Assembly (NCBI GenBank): GCA_025786725.1 | Contig: JAHLTZ010000012.1 | Coordinates: 310,001 to 374,000, forward strand | Origin: Syncephalis fuscata S228 | Taxonomy: Eukaryota; Fungi; Zoopagomycota | Length of the DNA: 64,000 bases | Direction: 5' to 3' | Shown: positions 1 through 11,760 of the stretch, one piece after another | Position numbering within the stretch: the first letter of the stretch is position 1 | Layout: the number at the start of each line of letters is the position of its first letter | Notes under the pieces: model-generated | What the model was told of the DNA's origin: nothing | The model's input: the letters and a program-made list of their open reading frames with translations, nothing else | The model's database searches: none | Made by a program: the position numbers and the translations under genes

Positions 1-239
1 ATTCATTATAGATCAAAAATAACATTAATACATTTGGAAAATTGTAGCAGTAATCTATTAATTTAAATAAATATGTATGGTATTTTTATTATCAATCTAT
101 AAGACAATTCAATTTGATTATTAATATGGCAATAGTTTAATGCCACATTTGTCTTCTAGAGTGCAAAGCCCATTCCGATATGCATAAATGACCATGACGT
201 AGTCAAAACAGGATAATTGTACTCACTTTACTTTGTTCT

Positions 240-2774
240 ATGATAGGCCTCGCCGCTTTTCGTCGTCAGCATCCGTTGGCTGCAGCAACCTATTTGAATA
301 GCGCGCCTTCTCGTCTGTTCTCAAGAGGCTTGGTTATACTTCCCTTACTACAACACCGCTCTAACCACTCATCTCCCACATTGATCAAGCCGTACGGTAC
401 ACCTTTCAAAATGACTGTAACTACCTGGACCTATCCCACTGTACGTCGCGATGAATCTGTGAAGGAGACGCTGCACGGCAATGAGGTGGCCGATCCTTAT
501 CGTTGGCTTGAAGAGCCGGATAGCGAGGAGACAAAGGTTAGCCGGCATAGATAGCGTGCTATTTGCTACTTACTACGCATTGATAGGCATTTGTCGACGC
601 AGAGAATGCAGTGACAACAGCCTATTTAAACCGCTGTCAAGAACGAGAGGCGTATAAGAATGCGTAAGCTAAATAAGCTATAAGTAACTTGCCACTAATA
701 ATTATAATAAATATATTAGACTCACTAAAGTATATGATTACGAAAAGATGGGCACGCCTTTTAAACATGGCGACCACTATTATGTATTTCATAACAGCGG
801 ATTACAAGCACAAAGCATTCTTTACCAACAGAAATCGGTCGATGGCGAGCGAACTGTATTCTTTGATCCAAACACATTGGAGAAAGACGGCACGGCTGCG
901 CTTAGCACTTATTCATTCTCTGAATCTGGCAAGCTATTTGGCTATGCAATCAGCCGAAGTGGTAGTGATTGGGTCACCATACATGTGCGTTGTGCTGAAG
1001 ATGGCCCACAAGGCAAAGCTGGTGAAGATTTGGTCGATGAAATTCAATGGGCCAAGTTTACTGGTGTTGTTTGGTCGCATGATGAGCTTGGTTTTTTTTA
1101 CTTGGTAAGTATTAGCGATAGCCATACAATTAATACAGCATTTATTTATCAATGCATTAGCGCTATCCCGAGCCAAACGTTGGCAAAGATAAAGCAGGCA
1201 CTGAGACGGGAAGCAATCAGAACGCCACAACTTATTATCATCGTCTTGGTACACCACAATCAGAAGATCAGATAATTACTGCATTGCCGGAATTCCCCGA
1301 TCAAATGCCGCATGCTGTTATCACCGATGATGGTCGTTGGCTATTAATGTCTATTTCAGAGAGCTGTGACCCAGTTAACAAACTCTGGTTTGCTCGTTTG
1401 GATGAAGGTGGACGAGTACCCCAACAGCTAACATTTAACAAGGTTGTTGATAACTTTGATGCTCGTTATAGCTAGTAAGTGGAATAGTAGTAATGATTAA
1501 TATTAATTGATAAATAAAATGACTGACTAATTAACTAATTTACTAGTATTACTAATGATGGAGACCGTTTCTATCTTATTACAAATGCTAATGCACCTCG
1601 TTACAAAGTTGTCACGTATGATCTTGCCGCTCCAGAACAAGGATTTGTTGACCTTATTCCTCAACACGAAAAGGATGTTTTAGAAACGGCAGAAGTTGTG
1701 GCTGGCAACCATCTTTGTCTTCATTACTTGAAGGATGTTAAGACAGCGTTGTACATTCACCGACTCGAAACTGGTGAAAAGATTTGCGATATACCCATTC
1801 CTATTGGTACAATTGTTGAGTCGGCTGGTCGCCGTAAAGATCAAGAATATTTCTTTAAATTTTTATCTTACTTGAATCCAGGTGTCATTTATCGCTACGA
1901 CTTTACGACTAATGCTCTGTCGACCTTTTACAAGACATCATTAACCGGATTTGACGGCGACGAATTTGAAACACGTGAAGTGTTTGTTAAAAGTAAAGAT
2001 GGTGTTTCATTTCCAATGTTTATTACTGTACGTAAGGGTGTCACACTAGACGGTAGCCATCCAACTCTACTGTACGGCTATGGTGGATTTTCCATTTCAA
2101 TCCAGCCCGCTTTCAGTCCATCGTGGGTAACTTTCCTTAAACATTTCAAAGGTGTTGTTGCCATTGCTAATATTCGTGGTGGTGGTGAATACGGCGAGGC
2201 GTGGCATCAGGATGGTATGCTACACAAGAAGCAAAATGTATTCGACGACTTCCAAAGTGCTGCCCAATACTTATGCACGGAAGGCTATACTAAACCAGGA
2301 CTGCTATCCATTAAGGGTGGTTCCAACGGTGGTTTACTCGTAGCAGCTTGCGTTAACCAAGCACCAGAGCTATTTGGCTGTGGTTTAGCTGCTGTAGGTG
2401 TTATGGATATGTTGCGATTCCATAAATTCACTATTGGACATGCGTGGAAATCGGATTATGGCAATCCAGATGTTAAAGAAGACTTTGAATATATACTACG
2501 CTACTCACCATTGCATAATGTTTGTTCAAACAAGACTTATCCGGCATTATTGCTAACGACAAGTGATCACGATGACCGAGTTGTGCCACTGCATTCTTAT
2601 AAGCTAATTGCCGAATTACAGCACAAACTAGCAATGAATCCAAATCCATTGATGATTCGTATTGATACAAAGGCTGGACACGGTGCAGGCAAGCCAACGG
2701 CCAAGAAGATAGATGAATGGGCCGATGAATATGCATTTATGTCAGTAGCGCTTACTTTGAAGTGGTATGCATAA
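240..2774 (+). CDS. PREP: Prolyl oligopeptidase (S9A), multi-exon; conserved start at 411, in-frame upstream ATG at 240
   Basis: N-terminal YPTVRRD...VADPYRWLE; catalytic GGSNGG (Ser), DDRV (Asp), AGHGAG (His); LYGYGGF and NIRGGGEYG motifs; GT-AG introns join the ORF fragments; stop TAA 2772-2774. Confidence 0.95.
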
Positions 2775-4772
2775 ATAAATAAATGAGCTACTTTATTAAA
2801 TCCAATAATGATAATGATATGCGTATGTGTGAGCCTATCAATCTATTAAAAGTATACATTTCTTGGTTGTTATTAAATAATGACTACTGAGTTGGCTAAC
2901 ACTAGTTGACTATGAATTTGATGATAATCAAACCAAGTAATGGATGTACATAATAATAATAAATTCAAGTAAAAATAGATTAATATGAAAGTGAAAGTGA
3001 AAACTATAAATAGACAACATACGTAGTAATAGCACAATATTGTAAAAATGTGTCAATATGCCATTGTTTACAATAAATAAATTTGTACAGGATATTAATA
3101 ATGATATGTCTAAGCTATAATTTTTTTGATGACTGGTGCCATTTACCAGCAGCACCATGTTGGATAGAACGAATGTCTAGTTTTGCCATACGAGTATCAT
3201 CAAATTTAATTATTTGACCACTAATCATACTAAATGGTTAATAGAGTATTTAATATTAATACAATGGCCTTGACATAAATAAAACAACTTACAAATCAAT
3301 GATATCGTTATTAAAATGACTAATGTGCATGTGAATATAACAAATATAGCTAGTTATAATCTATTAATAACCTAATATGATTCAAGTAATTGAATAACAC
3401 ACCAGAGCTATTGGACATTATATCGTTATTACTTTTATAATAAAGCTATCTATTCAGAAGTACGTTAAATGGTAAATAGTATAAAAAAGTGACCGTATTT
3501 ACTAATACCTATAATTAAAACAGCTATGGTACCACGTTGGGAATCGGCATTATGGTATAAATGCCGTGCTAAGTAATTAATATACATATGCATACTTATT
3601 CAACGGTACAAAAAAGCAAGAGCAATGGCAATGTTCATTAACATATACATATATAATAGCTGCTACTCGTTATAATTGCAGCGACAAAGGTAATATTCAA
3701 TTGATATGTGTGGCAATCAATGCCAATACATGTCAATAATATGCACATATTAGATGCAATATTAGCAAATATATATTTAAGCAACAAATAACAAACATTA
3801 CTAAAAGTTGTTAATAAACGTAAAATTTTCAATATTTAATTAATCAACTAGTACACTTTTTGATTAGTATTTGTGTAGGCTTGTATTATCAAAATGGTAA
3901 AAAGGGAATCATTAAGGCTTTTTCGATACTCAAGCAATTTTCACATTTTTTAATTCTACCAGTAATTTAGTTAGAAAGATGTAATATCATTTGTTATGAC
4001 CGCATGATTTTGATACATTGAAACATATAAGTTACTTTTTTTTGAAAAATCGCAGGAAGGTGCTATAAATAAAAATGGCAATATTAGCATTAGAAATATG
4101 CAGTTCTACAATGAATTATGCATGGGCTAGCACTTATACACTGAGATTACTATCTGATAATATTCTATACACTGTCATACCCATTCAAACCGGTTACATT
4201 TGGCAGAGTTGCCTTATTGCGTGCAATTTATTATTTGTACATTGCGCTTTATACAGTTTACTCAATTCAATTCATTTTAGGACTGATCACTTTATCGCAT
4301 TAACACTTGAATGCAATGCTTTATTATCGAAACTATTTATATTTGACAGTTGATAGTTAATATCAGCAATCAATTAAAAATAATGTTTGTACAGCCAACT
4401 GGTAGTGCAGTATTAAGCATATTGTCATTTCCTAGCTAAGTCGCAATACAAATCGAATGCACAGGTGAAACTAACCAGTATATTTTACAACCGAGGAGTC
4501 GAAGCTAATTTACGTACTATTGTATATATCTATAAAAAGCGTCACTTTAGTTTATTAATATTACTAATGCATCGGCGGTAAGTGCTGTTTAAGATAGATG
4601 CAGATATTATTAATTAAATTCACTAATAACAGCAACGGCAAAACTACAGCGATACATTTCTATTGCTTTTACAAAACCAGTTGAAACTTTTGGACGTATG
4701 TCGTAATTGCAATGAATGTGCATCTGTGTTTACTGACTATTGCTATATCTAACTAATGGTGCTATTAGTTAG

Positions 4773-4791
4773 TAGGTTGCACTGTATATTA
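4773..4791 (+). repeat. Left target-site duplication of the LINE (taggttgcactgtatatta)
   Basis: Identical 19-mer at 11820-11838. Confidence 0.95.
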
Positions 4792-4967
4792 TTTTTATTT
4801 TTATTTTGAAGAGCTTGTGGGCCCCCGCTGCGCATAATTAAAGAATTTGTGCTGCTTCTCAGTGTCATGCTGTTATCGCGTTAGTTATAATAAAGCTTTT
4901 AAAATATTAAACAATGTAGCATTGTTGATACCGAGTGGACCGCCACGTTTTTGCATAGAGCCGGGTC

Positions 4968-7900
4968 CTATAGACTCCACGCGGGGGCCACCATCTTTAG
5001 GTGGCGTTCGACGTCGAACGCCATTTTATTGATGTGGTCCCAGGTATAAATTTGCCTCAGGCCTCTCTGGCCTTCGGCGTTTGTTGCCGGACCTTCTTGT
5101 GGTTCTGGTTGACCTGCTATTTGTGTGTCGGTACGTACTGTTTTCCATCTTCCTATTGCTTCGTCCACTTGCTTGCATCTTGTCTTCCATATCTTTTTCC
5201 ATACAAAGTCCAATGCCGTCTTTGTTGCTGTTTTTATTAGTTCTCTTCTTTCTTCTTCGCGTACCCCCTCTCTTTTCATACTGTATAGTGTTTGTGGGCT
5301 CACCAATCCTAATAGAAATCCGGTGTTGCTGATTGGCTGATCTGGGACAATAGATTCAGCCACCTCCCCCACATTTAACAGTCTCATTGGCGGGTCTTTT
5401 CTCGATCTTCTTTCATTTATCCACTCCACCTTTCTTCTTGTCATGTCTTTAATTTTATCTCTTGCTTCTTTTTCCCTATCTAGTCCGTTTCCTTCACACT
5501 TCACTATATGTCGCCACGTCTCTACTTCTCCACTACTACATCTGCAGCACATATTAGTTCTATACCTCTCCTTACACCACTTATTTTGCCTTTCTAGAGT
5601 TGGCAGTATACCGGCTGCCATTTTTAGCGCAAACTCTCTTCTTTTCATCTCTATTTGATACTCTTCCTTACTCGTGTCTTTTTCCGGTCTCACCCCCTCT
5701 CTTATAGTTAGCTCCACTTTTGTACTGGTAAGTAGTGTTTGTGCTAACTCCGGGTGTTGTCTTCCTATTAGTTCTTTTAATGCTCTTTCTTGCCTTACCT
5801 TACTTTGTCGTTTAACTGCACTACGTGGCTCCAGTAGTGTGTTTAATTTTGACATGAGCATGTTGTGCTGATGTACTGGAGCTGGTGACGTGTTCAGCGT
5901 CCATCTTGGTACTGCTATTATTGTAGTAGCTGCCGCCTTTTTCGCTTCCTTGTCCGCCAGCTCGTTCCCTCTTGTACCTACATGTGCGCGTGTCCACTGC
6001 AACTCTGTCTTACCACTTCTCTGTCTTGTCGTTGCTGCTATCCTTTCCCATATCTTGTACGTTGGTGTGGCTCTTCTTTTGCTGTCTAGCCATGGCTCTG
6101 GCTTCAGCACGTACTGTCGCCACCACTCCTTGCACGTCATTGAGTCGGTTATCAGCTTTAAGTCACGGTCCGGTGGTGCGCAGCATAGCGCATGCGCTAT
6201 TGCCATCGCCTCCACCATGTCTGAGTGGCAATGTGGACCGACATACTTTCCTGCTGTAATTGCCAGTGGCCGTGTACCCGTACTCGCTATTGCTATTGCT
6301 GCGTATCCACCTTTACTATTCTTACCTGTTGGATCTATCACCGATCCGTCTGTCCAGATGTTTACTTCGCCACTGACGTGGCTTAGTGTCTCTGTCCAGT
6401 CGTACTCGTTTCCTTCTGCATCTACACTCCTCTCTCTTAAATTTTCCTCTGTGAAGTCTATAGGCTTTCCTCGCCTTTCCCTTATCCCCTTTGCTATCCG
6501 CACTACTTCCATAGCTTCCCTTGCGCATACCTGCCATTCCTTTTCCAGATCTTTGTACCATTTTGGTGACCCCGCCCTTGGTGCCTTCCTATATGTGATT
6601 TGGGTGTATGTCTTTAATTTTGGCGTGCCGTCTGCTGCTATTTGCATTACATCTTTCAGTCTGGTCAACTTAAAGTGTTTGACGGCTTTTCGAATATCTC
6701 TGTATGTTGTTGGTGTCACAACATCTTGTATCAATACTTCTTCTACTTCGGTCGGCAGTTGTTGTTCTCTGCCGCATACCACGCTGATTTCTCGCTCGTG
6801 TAGTCGTTGAGCTATGTGCATCGCGTATATCCGTCTTGTTTCCCTTCTTTCCACGTACTTGTTGTATGGCGATCTAGTGCTGTATGTTGTTGTCCTTACT
6901 GCTTCTTCCTGCGCTCTGGCCGTCTCCCCTAGCACTCCTGGACTATCCAGTCTACGCAGTAGATCTCCGATCTGGCTTGCGTCTATCGCGTCGCGTGTTC
7001 TGGCTACATTCATACCATCCGTTGACCATATTAGCGTGTTTGGTGCTGACTTCGCCATATGTGCTTTTCGTTTAAGTATTTTTAGCCATTTTCGATCTAG
7101 TGTCGTACACTGTGTTTCTGACATAGTACTAGCTGCTGTTTTGTGTACCACAGCCGGCACTATTACTGCATTGATAATGTAAGCTGCTGTATTACTGTCT
7201 ATTGCTTTTCGGTGCAATAGTTTACATGTGTTTTCTACTGCTTTTTCTATTACATCAAACGCTGTTTTGTTGTATCCATCTAGCGACAGCCAGCAGCCTA
7301 GTATTCTAAATGGTACATGTGGAGGCTGTACTATTCTAACTAGGCCCACTTCTCCCTCAGCCAACCGAATTGGTTGTAGCTCCGCGTTTACTGCTTTGCC
7401 AGATGATGTTTTGGCTGTGTGTATCGTCTTTCCACAGTGCACTTCTATGTCGTGTAGTTCAAAAAATGAGCGACAGATATTTGCTAGTTGTTGGAGGTTC
7501 GCTCTGTCTTCCGCCAGTAGTGTCAGGTCGTCTGCGAAGGCACCGTGGGCGATTTTTACCGGTGTGTTGTTATTTCCTATACTTCTCATTACATACCCAT
7601 GTTCTGAATCTTTCAGTTTTGTTAGTAGCGGGTCGTAGAACGTCAGCCATAATAATGGTGAGTTTACTTCTCCCTGGTCCAGTCCGCATTCCGGATGATG
7701 TACCTCTGTTTGCCCGTGTGCTGTTAGTACTGTTGCTGTTCGTTGTTCGAATATATTTGCTAGTAAGCCTATATAATGTTCTGGTATTTTTAGCCGTCTT
7801 AACGAACACTCTAAGCTATGCCATGATACTGAGTCATATGCTCGTTTCACATCTAGCAACAGTACTTCCAGTCCACGTTCATGGCAAATGGAATCATCCA

Positions 7901-10091
7901 TGACCGCTCTCAGTACCTGGACAAAGTCCGTCGTTCTATTGCCTCTTGTAAAACCGAAGTTACCCCCCTGTAACACTCCATTTCTTTCCATTACCTCTTG
8001 CAGCCGTCTCGTCACTATTATTGAGTATAGCTTGCGCATTGTCTCCAATAATGTGATTGGCCGTAGCTGCGCCATGTCTCCACACCAATTTGCCGTTTTT
8101 GGTATTGGTATTATTACCCCATGCTTCCAAGCTGTTGGTACATCCCCTTTTTGCAAACACGCTGTAATAATTCCCGCCATCACCTGCTGCAATTCCCCAC
8201 ATGCTTTCTGTAACATTTCATTTACCACTCCTGATGCCCCTGGTGCTTTGTTTTTTGGCAGACTCTTTAACACTGCTGTCATCTCTTCTATCCCCACTGG
8301 TTCCATGAGACCGTTATAGATGGCAGGGTCGATGCTCTCTATTGGTCTATAGCTACCTGACCATGTTGGGTGGTTTAGCGGGCTAGTTCCACGTCTCGCA
8401 CCCATCCACTGAGTGAAGTAGTCTCGAGTGAGTCGGCGTACCTCTTCTGGCCGGTCCTCGATAGTCAAGTCATTGGTCTGTACCACTGTTATTTGCTGTA
8501 GTGGCTTATTCTTTTCCAAAACTCTTTTCAACACCTCTTTTAAGTCAGTGTGAAACAGTAGGTTTCTTTTCATCGTCGCGCCGCGTATTTTTTCGTTTAG
8601 TTCTTTTTTCTTCTCTCTGTTGTACTGATTGCTTAGTCTCGTCTTCAGACCTTTGACCTCGTCTACCGAGGCATGCTCTTCTAGTTGTCCCGCCAGCTCC
8701 ACCAACTGCGTAACCGACGGATGACGTCTTGCTAGTCGCTTTATTCGCTCACATCTTTGTCTTGCCGATAAATCTTCTTTTTGTATTTTAGCCAGACTTT
8801 TTGTCGTCTGCAGAACCGGATGTAGACTCAGCTCATCACTGGGCCTATTCCTTCTTATCACGATATGTGGCAGCTTGTCATCAGCGCACAGCACCAGGTG
8901 ACTGACGATTGCTCCCCATAGTCGATCTAAGTATGGAATACTGTTGTGTTCAAGCTGGCCGTCTTCTTTTGTCTGCTCCACCGCATCTTTAATTGTTCTA
9001 TTCCAACCTATAGCTGTTGCTGAGGTGTAATTCATCCAATCCACTTCTGTAGCCTTTCGTCTGTTTAATATTTTGCGCGGCAGTTGTTGGCATAGCCTGT
9101 CACCTGCCCGCTGGAATATTATTGACGTGGTCAGTTCCAACACTATCGGTTGATGTGTGCTATATATTCCTTGGTTTATTTGCTGTCCCGTCGTTCCGCT
9201 CCCCTCTTCGTCTTCTATTCCTACCCCTGATACCATATCCGCTAGCGTATCTGTTGTCAGGAATAAGTCTAGCCTGGCGCGCGCTACTCCGTTCTCTCGT
9301 TGCATAGTGTTTGTGTACTTGTATATGTCTGGGTACTGTCTTCTCCAGACATCGACCATACTTCTTGTTTCCATCAGATACTCCAGCATACTTGACTCTG
9401 CTCTTGTATCTGTGTACCCTTGTCGGTCCAGCCATGGCTGTGGGACGGCGTTGAAGTCGCCTCCTATCACTACTTCTGCTCTTTTCTGGCGCGCTTGATC
9501 CACCCATTTCTTCAACTCGGTCAGCATGCGATTGGCTGCACTCGGATTGCTTCTTCCCTTGTTTGTTGGGTACAGAAGCCCGACTACCAGCAGTCCCCTT
9601 TCCCGGAATGCCAGTCGTATGCCAATCATTCTGTTGTTTACTGTGACTACTTCTTGTATGTGCTTCTCCCACTCAACCTTTATCAGTATTGCTACTCCAT
9701 AAAAGTTTGCGTGGCCTCTTTGTGTTGACCTTTCTGGCGCACCTGCCGTCTTTAGGATGTATCTACCTTTGATTCCAGTTTTGTTAGCTATTTCTTTTTC
9801 TATACTTTCCGTCCAACGCGTTTCAGTTAGTATTATAAAATCTAAGTCCAGCTTATTCAACGCTGTCCATAGTAGGTCCATCTTGCTGCCTGTTGTTGCC
9901 CCTGTGACGTTCCAGTGTATAAATCTCATTTTCTCCGGTCCTGGCCTCCGTTCTCTATAAAAGTTAGAACTTGTACCCACAAAGAGCTGGCTAGTGTCCC
10001 TGTAGTCGTTATTTGATCTATTATTGGGTCTATTATTATTAGTACTATTTACTGTATTGATATTATTTAATGTATTAATATTATTATTCAT
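4968..10091 (-). CDS. LINE ORF2 (1707 aa): apurinic endonuclease, reverse transcriptase, RNase H, C-terminal CCHC
   Basis: APE: IHWNVTG, LTETRW, GGDFNA, RLDLFL, STHQPI; RT: KAPGASG, RPITLL, LDVKRAYDSV, QGEVNSPLLW, FADD; RNase H: IWTDGS, VEAMAI, ITDS, WTRAHVGTRGNELADKEAK; CCRC..ETWRHIVKC. Confidence 0.95.
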   Translation of the reverse strand: MNNNINTLNNINTVNSTNNNRPNNRSNNDYRDTSQLFVGTSSNFYRERRPGPEKMRFIHWNVTGATTGSKMDLLWTALNKLDLDFIILTETRWTESIEKEIANKTGIKGRYILKTAGAPERSTQRGHANFYGVAILIKVEWEKHIQEVVTVNNRMIGIRLAFRERGLLVVGLLYPTNKGRSNPSAANRMLTELKKWVDQARQKRAEVVIGGDFNAVPQPWLDRQGYTDTRAESSMLEYLMETRSMVDVWRRQYPDIYKYTNTMQRENGVARARLDLFLTTDTLADMVSGVGIEDEEGSGTTGQQINQGIYSTHQPIVLELTTSIIFQRAGDRLCQQLPRKILNRRKATEVDWMNYTSATAIGWNRTIKDAVEQTKEDGQLEHNSIPYLDRLWGAIVSHLVLCADDKLPHIVIRRNRPSDELSLHPVLQTTKSLAKIQKEDLSARQRCERIKRLARRHPSVTQLVELAGQLEEHASVDEVKGLKTRLSNQYNREKKKELNEKIRGATMKRNLLFHTDLKEVLKRVLEKNKPLQQITVVQTNDLTIEDRPEEVRRLTRDYFTQWMGARRGTSPLNHPTWSGSYRPIESIDPAIYNGLMEPVGIEEMTAVLKSLPKNKAPGASGVVNEMLQKACGELQQVMAGIITACLQKGDVPTAWKHGVIIPIPKTANWCGDMAQLRPITLLETMRKLYSIIVTRRLQEVMERNGVLQGGNFGFTRGNRTTDFVQVLRAVMDDSICHERGLEVLLLDVKRAYDSVSWHSLECSLRRLKIPEHYIGLLANIFEQRTATVLTAHGQTEVHHPECGLDQGEVNSPLLWLTFYDPLLTKLKDSEHGYVMRSIGNNNTPVKIAHGAFADDLTLLAEDRANLQQLANICRSFFELHDIEVHCGKTIHTAKTSSGKAVNAELQPIRLAEGEVGLVRIVQPPHVPFRILGCWLSLDGYNKTAFDVIEKAVENTCKLLHRKAIDSNTAAYIINAVIVPAVVHKTAASTMSETQCTTLDRKWLKILKRKAHMAKSAPNTLIWSTDGMNVARTRDAIDASQIGDLLRRLDSPGVLGETARAQEEAVRTTTYSTRSPYNKYVERRETRRIYAMHIAQRLHEREISVVCGREQQLPTEVEEVLIQDVVTPTTYRDIRKAVKHFKLTRLKDVMQIAADGTPKLKTYTQITYRKAPRAGSPKWYKDLEKEWQVCAREAMEVVRIAKGIRERRGKPIDFTEENLRERSVDAEGNEYDWTETLSHVSGEVNIWTDGSVIDPTGKNSKGGYAAIAIASTGTRPLAITAGKYVGPHCHSDMVEAMAIAHALCCAPPDRDLKLITDSMTCKEWWRQYVLKPEPWLDSKRRATPTYKIWERIAATTRQRSGKTELQWTRAHVGTRGNELADKEAKKAAATTIIAVPRWTLNTSPAPVHQHNMLMSKLNTLLEPRSAVKRQSKVRQERALKELIGRQHPELAQTLLTSTKVELTIREGVRPEKDTSKEEYQIEMKRREFALKMAAGILPTLERQNKWCKERYRTNMCCRCSSGEVETWRHIVKCEGNGLDREKEARDKIKDMTRRKVEWINERRSRKDPPMRLLNVGEVAESIVPDQPISNTGFLLGLVSPQTLYSMKREGVREEERRELIKTATKTALDFVWKKIWKTRCKQVDEAIGRWKTVRTDTQIAGQPEPQEGPATNAEGQRGLRQIYTWDHINKMAFDVERHLKMVAPAWSL

Positions 10092-10208
10092 TTTTTATAT
10101 TTATTATTTTTTGTCTTATTATTATTTTTAAATGTTTTAAATGTTTTGTTATTCTTATCTTATTATTTTTAAATATATTAATATTTTTTGTCTTATTATT
10201 TAATCTAT

Positions 10209-10210
<2 letters not shown>

Positions 10211-10240
<30 letters not shown>
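10211..10240 (-). repeat. A30 tract in the AT-rich inter-ORF spacer of the LINE
   Basis: 30 consecutive T on the + strand between ORF1 stop (10417) and ORF2 start (10091). Confidence 0.9.
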
Positions 10241-10243
<3 letters not shown>

Positions 10244-10416
10244 GTATTATTATTAATTATCTTATTTTTTGATATACTATTTTTAGTTAATTTCTTTTTG
10301 TTATTTTTCTTATTATTATTCATTGTATTATTATTATTATTTATCATATTATTATTTATCATATTATTCTTGTTATTTATCTTTTTCTTTTCTTATTCTT
10401 ATTCTTTATGCTATAA

Positions 10417-11760
10417 TTAGTTCTGGCCGGGCATTTCTGCCTGACTCCACTTACTCTGCCCTGCCCCCATTGCTTGACTTGTTGGACTGTTGACTGCAAA
10501 CGTGTTTATACTCATTTGCGTTGTCTTTTTTGGCTTTAGTTGTCCCAGCTGCTTTAGTCGTTCAGCTGGTGTGTGTGTCGCATCGTCCATTTCCATGTCG
10601 TTTTCATTGCTGTAGTCTTCTTCTGTTTGGTGTTGACTTGTCATCTCTACGTCTTCTCCGTCTTCTACCTCTACCTCTCCCTCTTCTCTCTCTCCCATTG
10701 CTGGCTCATCTTCCAGCGCCATTCCTTCTTCCATGTCACACACCATTGTCTCTACTGCTCCTTCTTCCGGCTTTTTGGCTGCTGCCGCTACTATGGCTAG
10801 CTGCTTCGCTGTCTTCTCTAGCTCTTCCGTTTGGCGTCGCGTTTTCACACCCCCGCTAGCTAGATTTATTCCTGCTACTGGTCTTGTCTTTCTTTGTCTT
10901 CCCTTCTTTGCTGGTGGTGGTAACTCTTGTTCTTCTTGTTGTTCTTGTTCTTCTTCTTCTACTACTACTACTGCTACTGCTACCTCTCCTTCTTCTCTTT
11001 CTTCTTCCTCCACCATTTCATTTTCTTCGTCTTCGTTCACATCTGTTGCTTCTGGCGTTTGCTGTTCTTCTTGTTGCTTTTCGTGTTCAGCTGTCACTGT
11101 ATTGTTGGCTGGTGCTGTGTTTCTCTGCTGCCAGCTTCCCGATGTACAGTCAACTGCGATATGTCCCACCATGTGGCACCTAAAGCACGCGTCTCTTCTT
11201 CCGATCTTCAGCATCATCGCCCCCACTCTTATTCTTGTCGGTATTTTCTTCTCGTCTGCTTCGACTTTACACACTACTATTGGAGACTCTAATACGCAGT
11301 CATAGAATCTCTTTTCTAGTCTGTGTATCGCCCAGACTTTGCTGTTTGGCCCCAATTCTTCTCTTAATTTTTGTGCCACGTGCTCCAACTCTGTTGCCGC
11401 GTCCACCCCTATCACTTTCAGTGGTATTGGTGCTGGCCCTTCATAGCTTCTTACTTTGATGTGCTCTTCTCCAATATAAAAGCCTTCTCTCACCATCAAA
11501 TTTACTTGTTGTTTGGAGAATAAGCTAAACACATATTCCCCTGCTGCATTATCAATACTGTACTTGATTTTTTTTCCTTCTTTTAATTTCTTAACAATCG
11601 CCTGCGCGACTTCTGCTATTCTGTTAACATTTGTCATCTGTACCCCGATACAATGCTTCAATACTCTTTCCTTTCTTAATTTCTCCGCTTCGCTTTCCAT
11701 CGTTTTCACAATGTTGTTTGTTACTTTTTCTGAGTAAAGCTGACGCTGCTGGGTTGTCAT
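10417..11760 (-). CDS. LINE ORF1, nucleic-acid-binding protein with a CCHC zinc knuckle
   Basis: CFRCHMVGHIAVDC knuckle and acidic low-complexity C-terminus; first ATG inside the element is 11760 (the track start at 11829 lies in the TSD). Confidence 0.9.
   Translation of the reverse strand: MTTQQRQLYSEKVTNNIVKTMESEAEKLRKERVLKHCIGVQMTNVNRIAEVAQAIVKKLKEGKKIKYSIDNAAGEYVFSLFSKQQVNLMVREGFYIGEEHIKVRSYEGPAPIPLKVIGVDAATELEHVAQKLREELGPNSKVWAIHRLEKRFYDCVLESPIVVCKVEADEKKIPTRIRVGAMMLKIGRRDACFRCHMVGHIAVDCTSGSWQQRNTAPANNTVTAEHEKQQEEQQTPEATDVNEDEENEMVEEEEREEGEVAVAVVVVEEEEQEQQEEQELPPPAKKGRQRKTRPVAGINLASGGVKTRRQTEELEKTAKQLAIVAAAAKKPEEGAVETMVCDMEEGMALEDEPAMGEREEGEVEVEDGEDVEMTSQHQTEEDYSNENDMEMDDATHTPAERLKQLGQLKPKKTTQMSINTFAVNSPTSQAMGAGQSKWSQAEMPGQN

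Noticed and set aside
2928-4353. Short hydrophobic ORFs (2928-3158, 3638-3832, 4075-4353), possibly a decayed membrane-protein gene
   Set aside because: Frequent stops, no recognisable motif and no consistent exon chain.
240-4790. POPB-type cyclic-peptide (MSDIN-like) cluster linking the prolyl oligopeptidase to the neighbouring micro-exon locus
   Set aside because: No MSDIN-like leader; the peptides carry secretion signals while the POP has none; the neighbouring array is decayed; proximity is the only link.
4792-4967. Self-cleaving ribozyme in the LINE UTR
   Set aside because: No hammerhead core (CUGANGA...GAAA) or convincing HDV fold found by eye, and the 5' UTR is too short and AT-rich.
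5001-11737. Many + strand ORFs inside the LINE (e.g. 5890-6810, 10733-11305)
   Set aside because: Antisense shadows of ORF1/ORF2 with no motifs.
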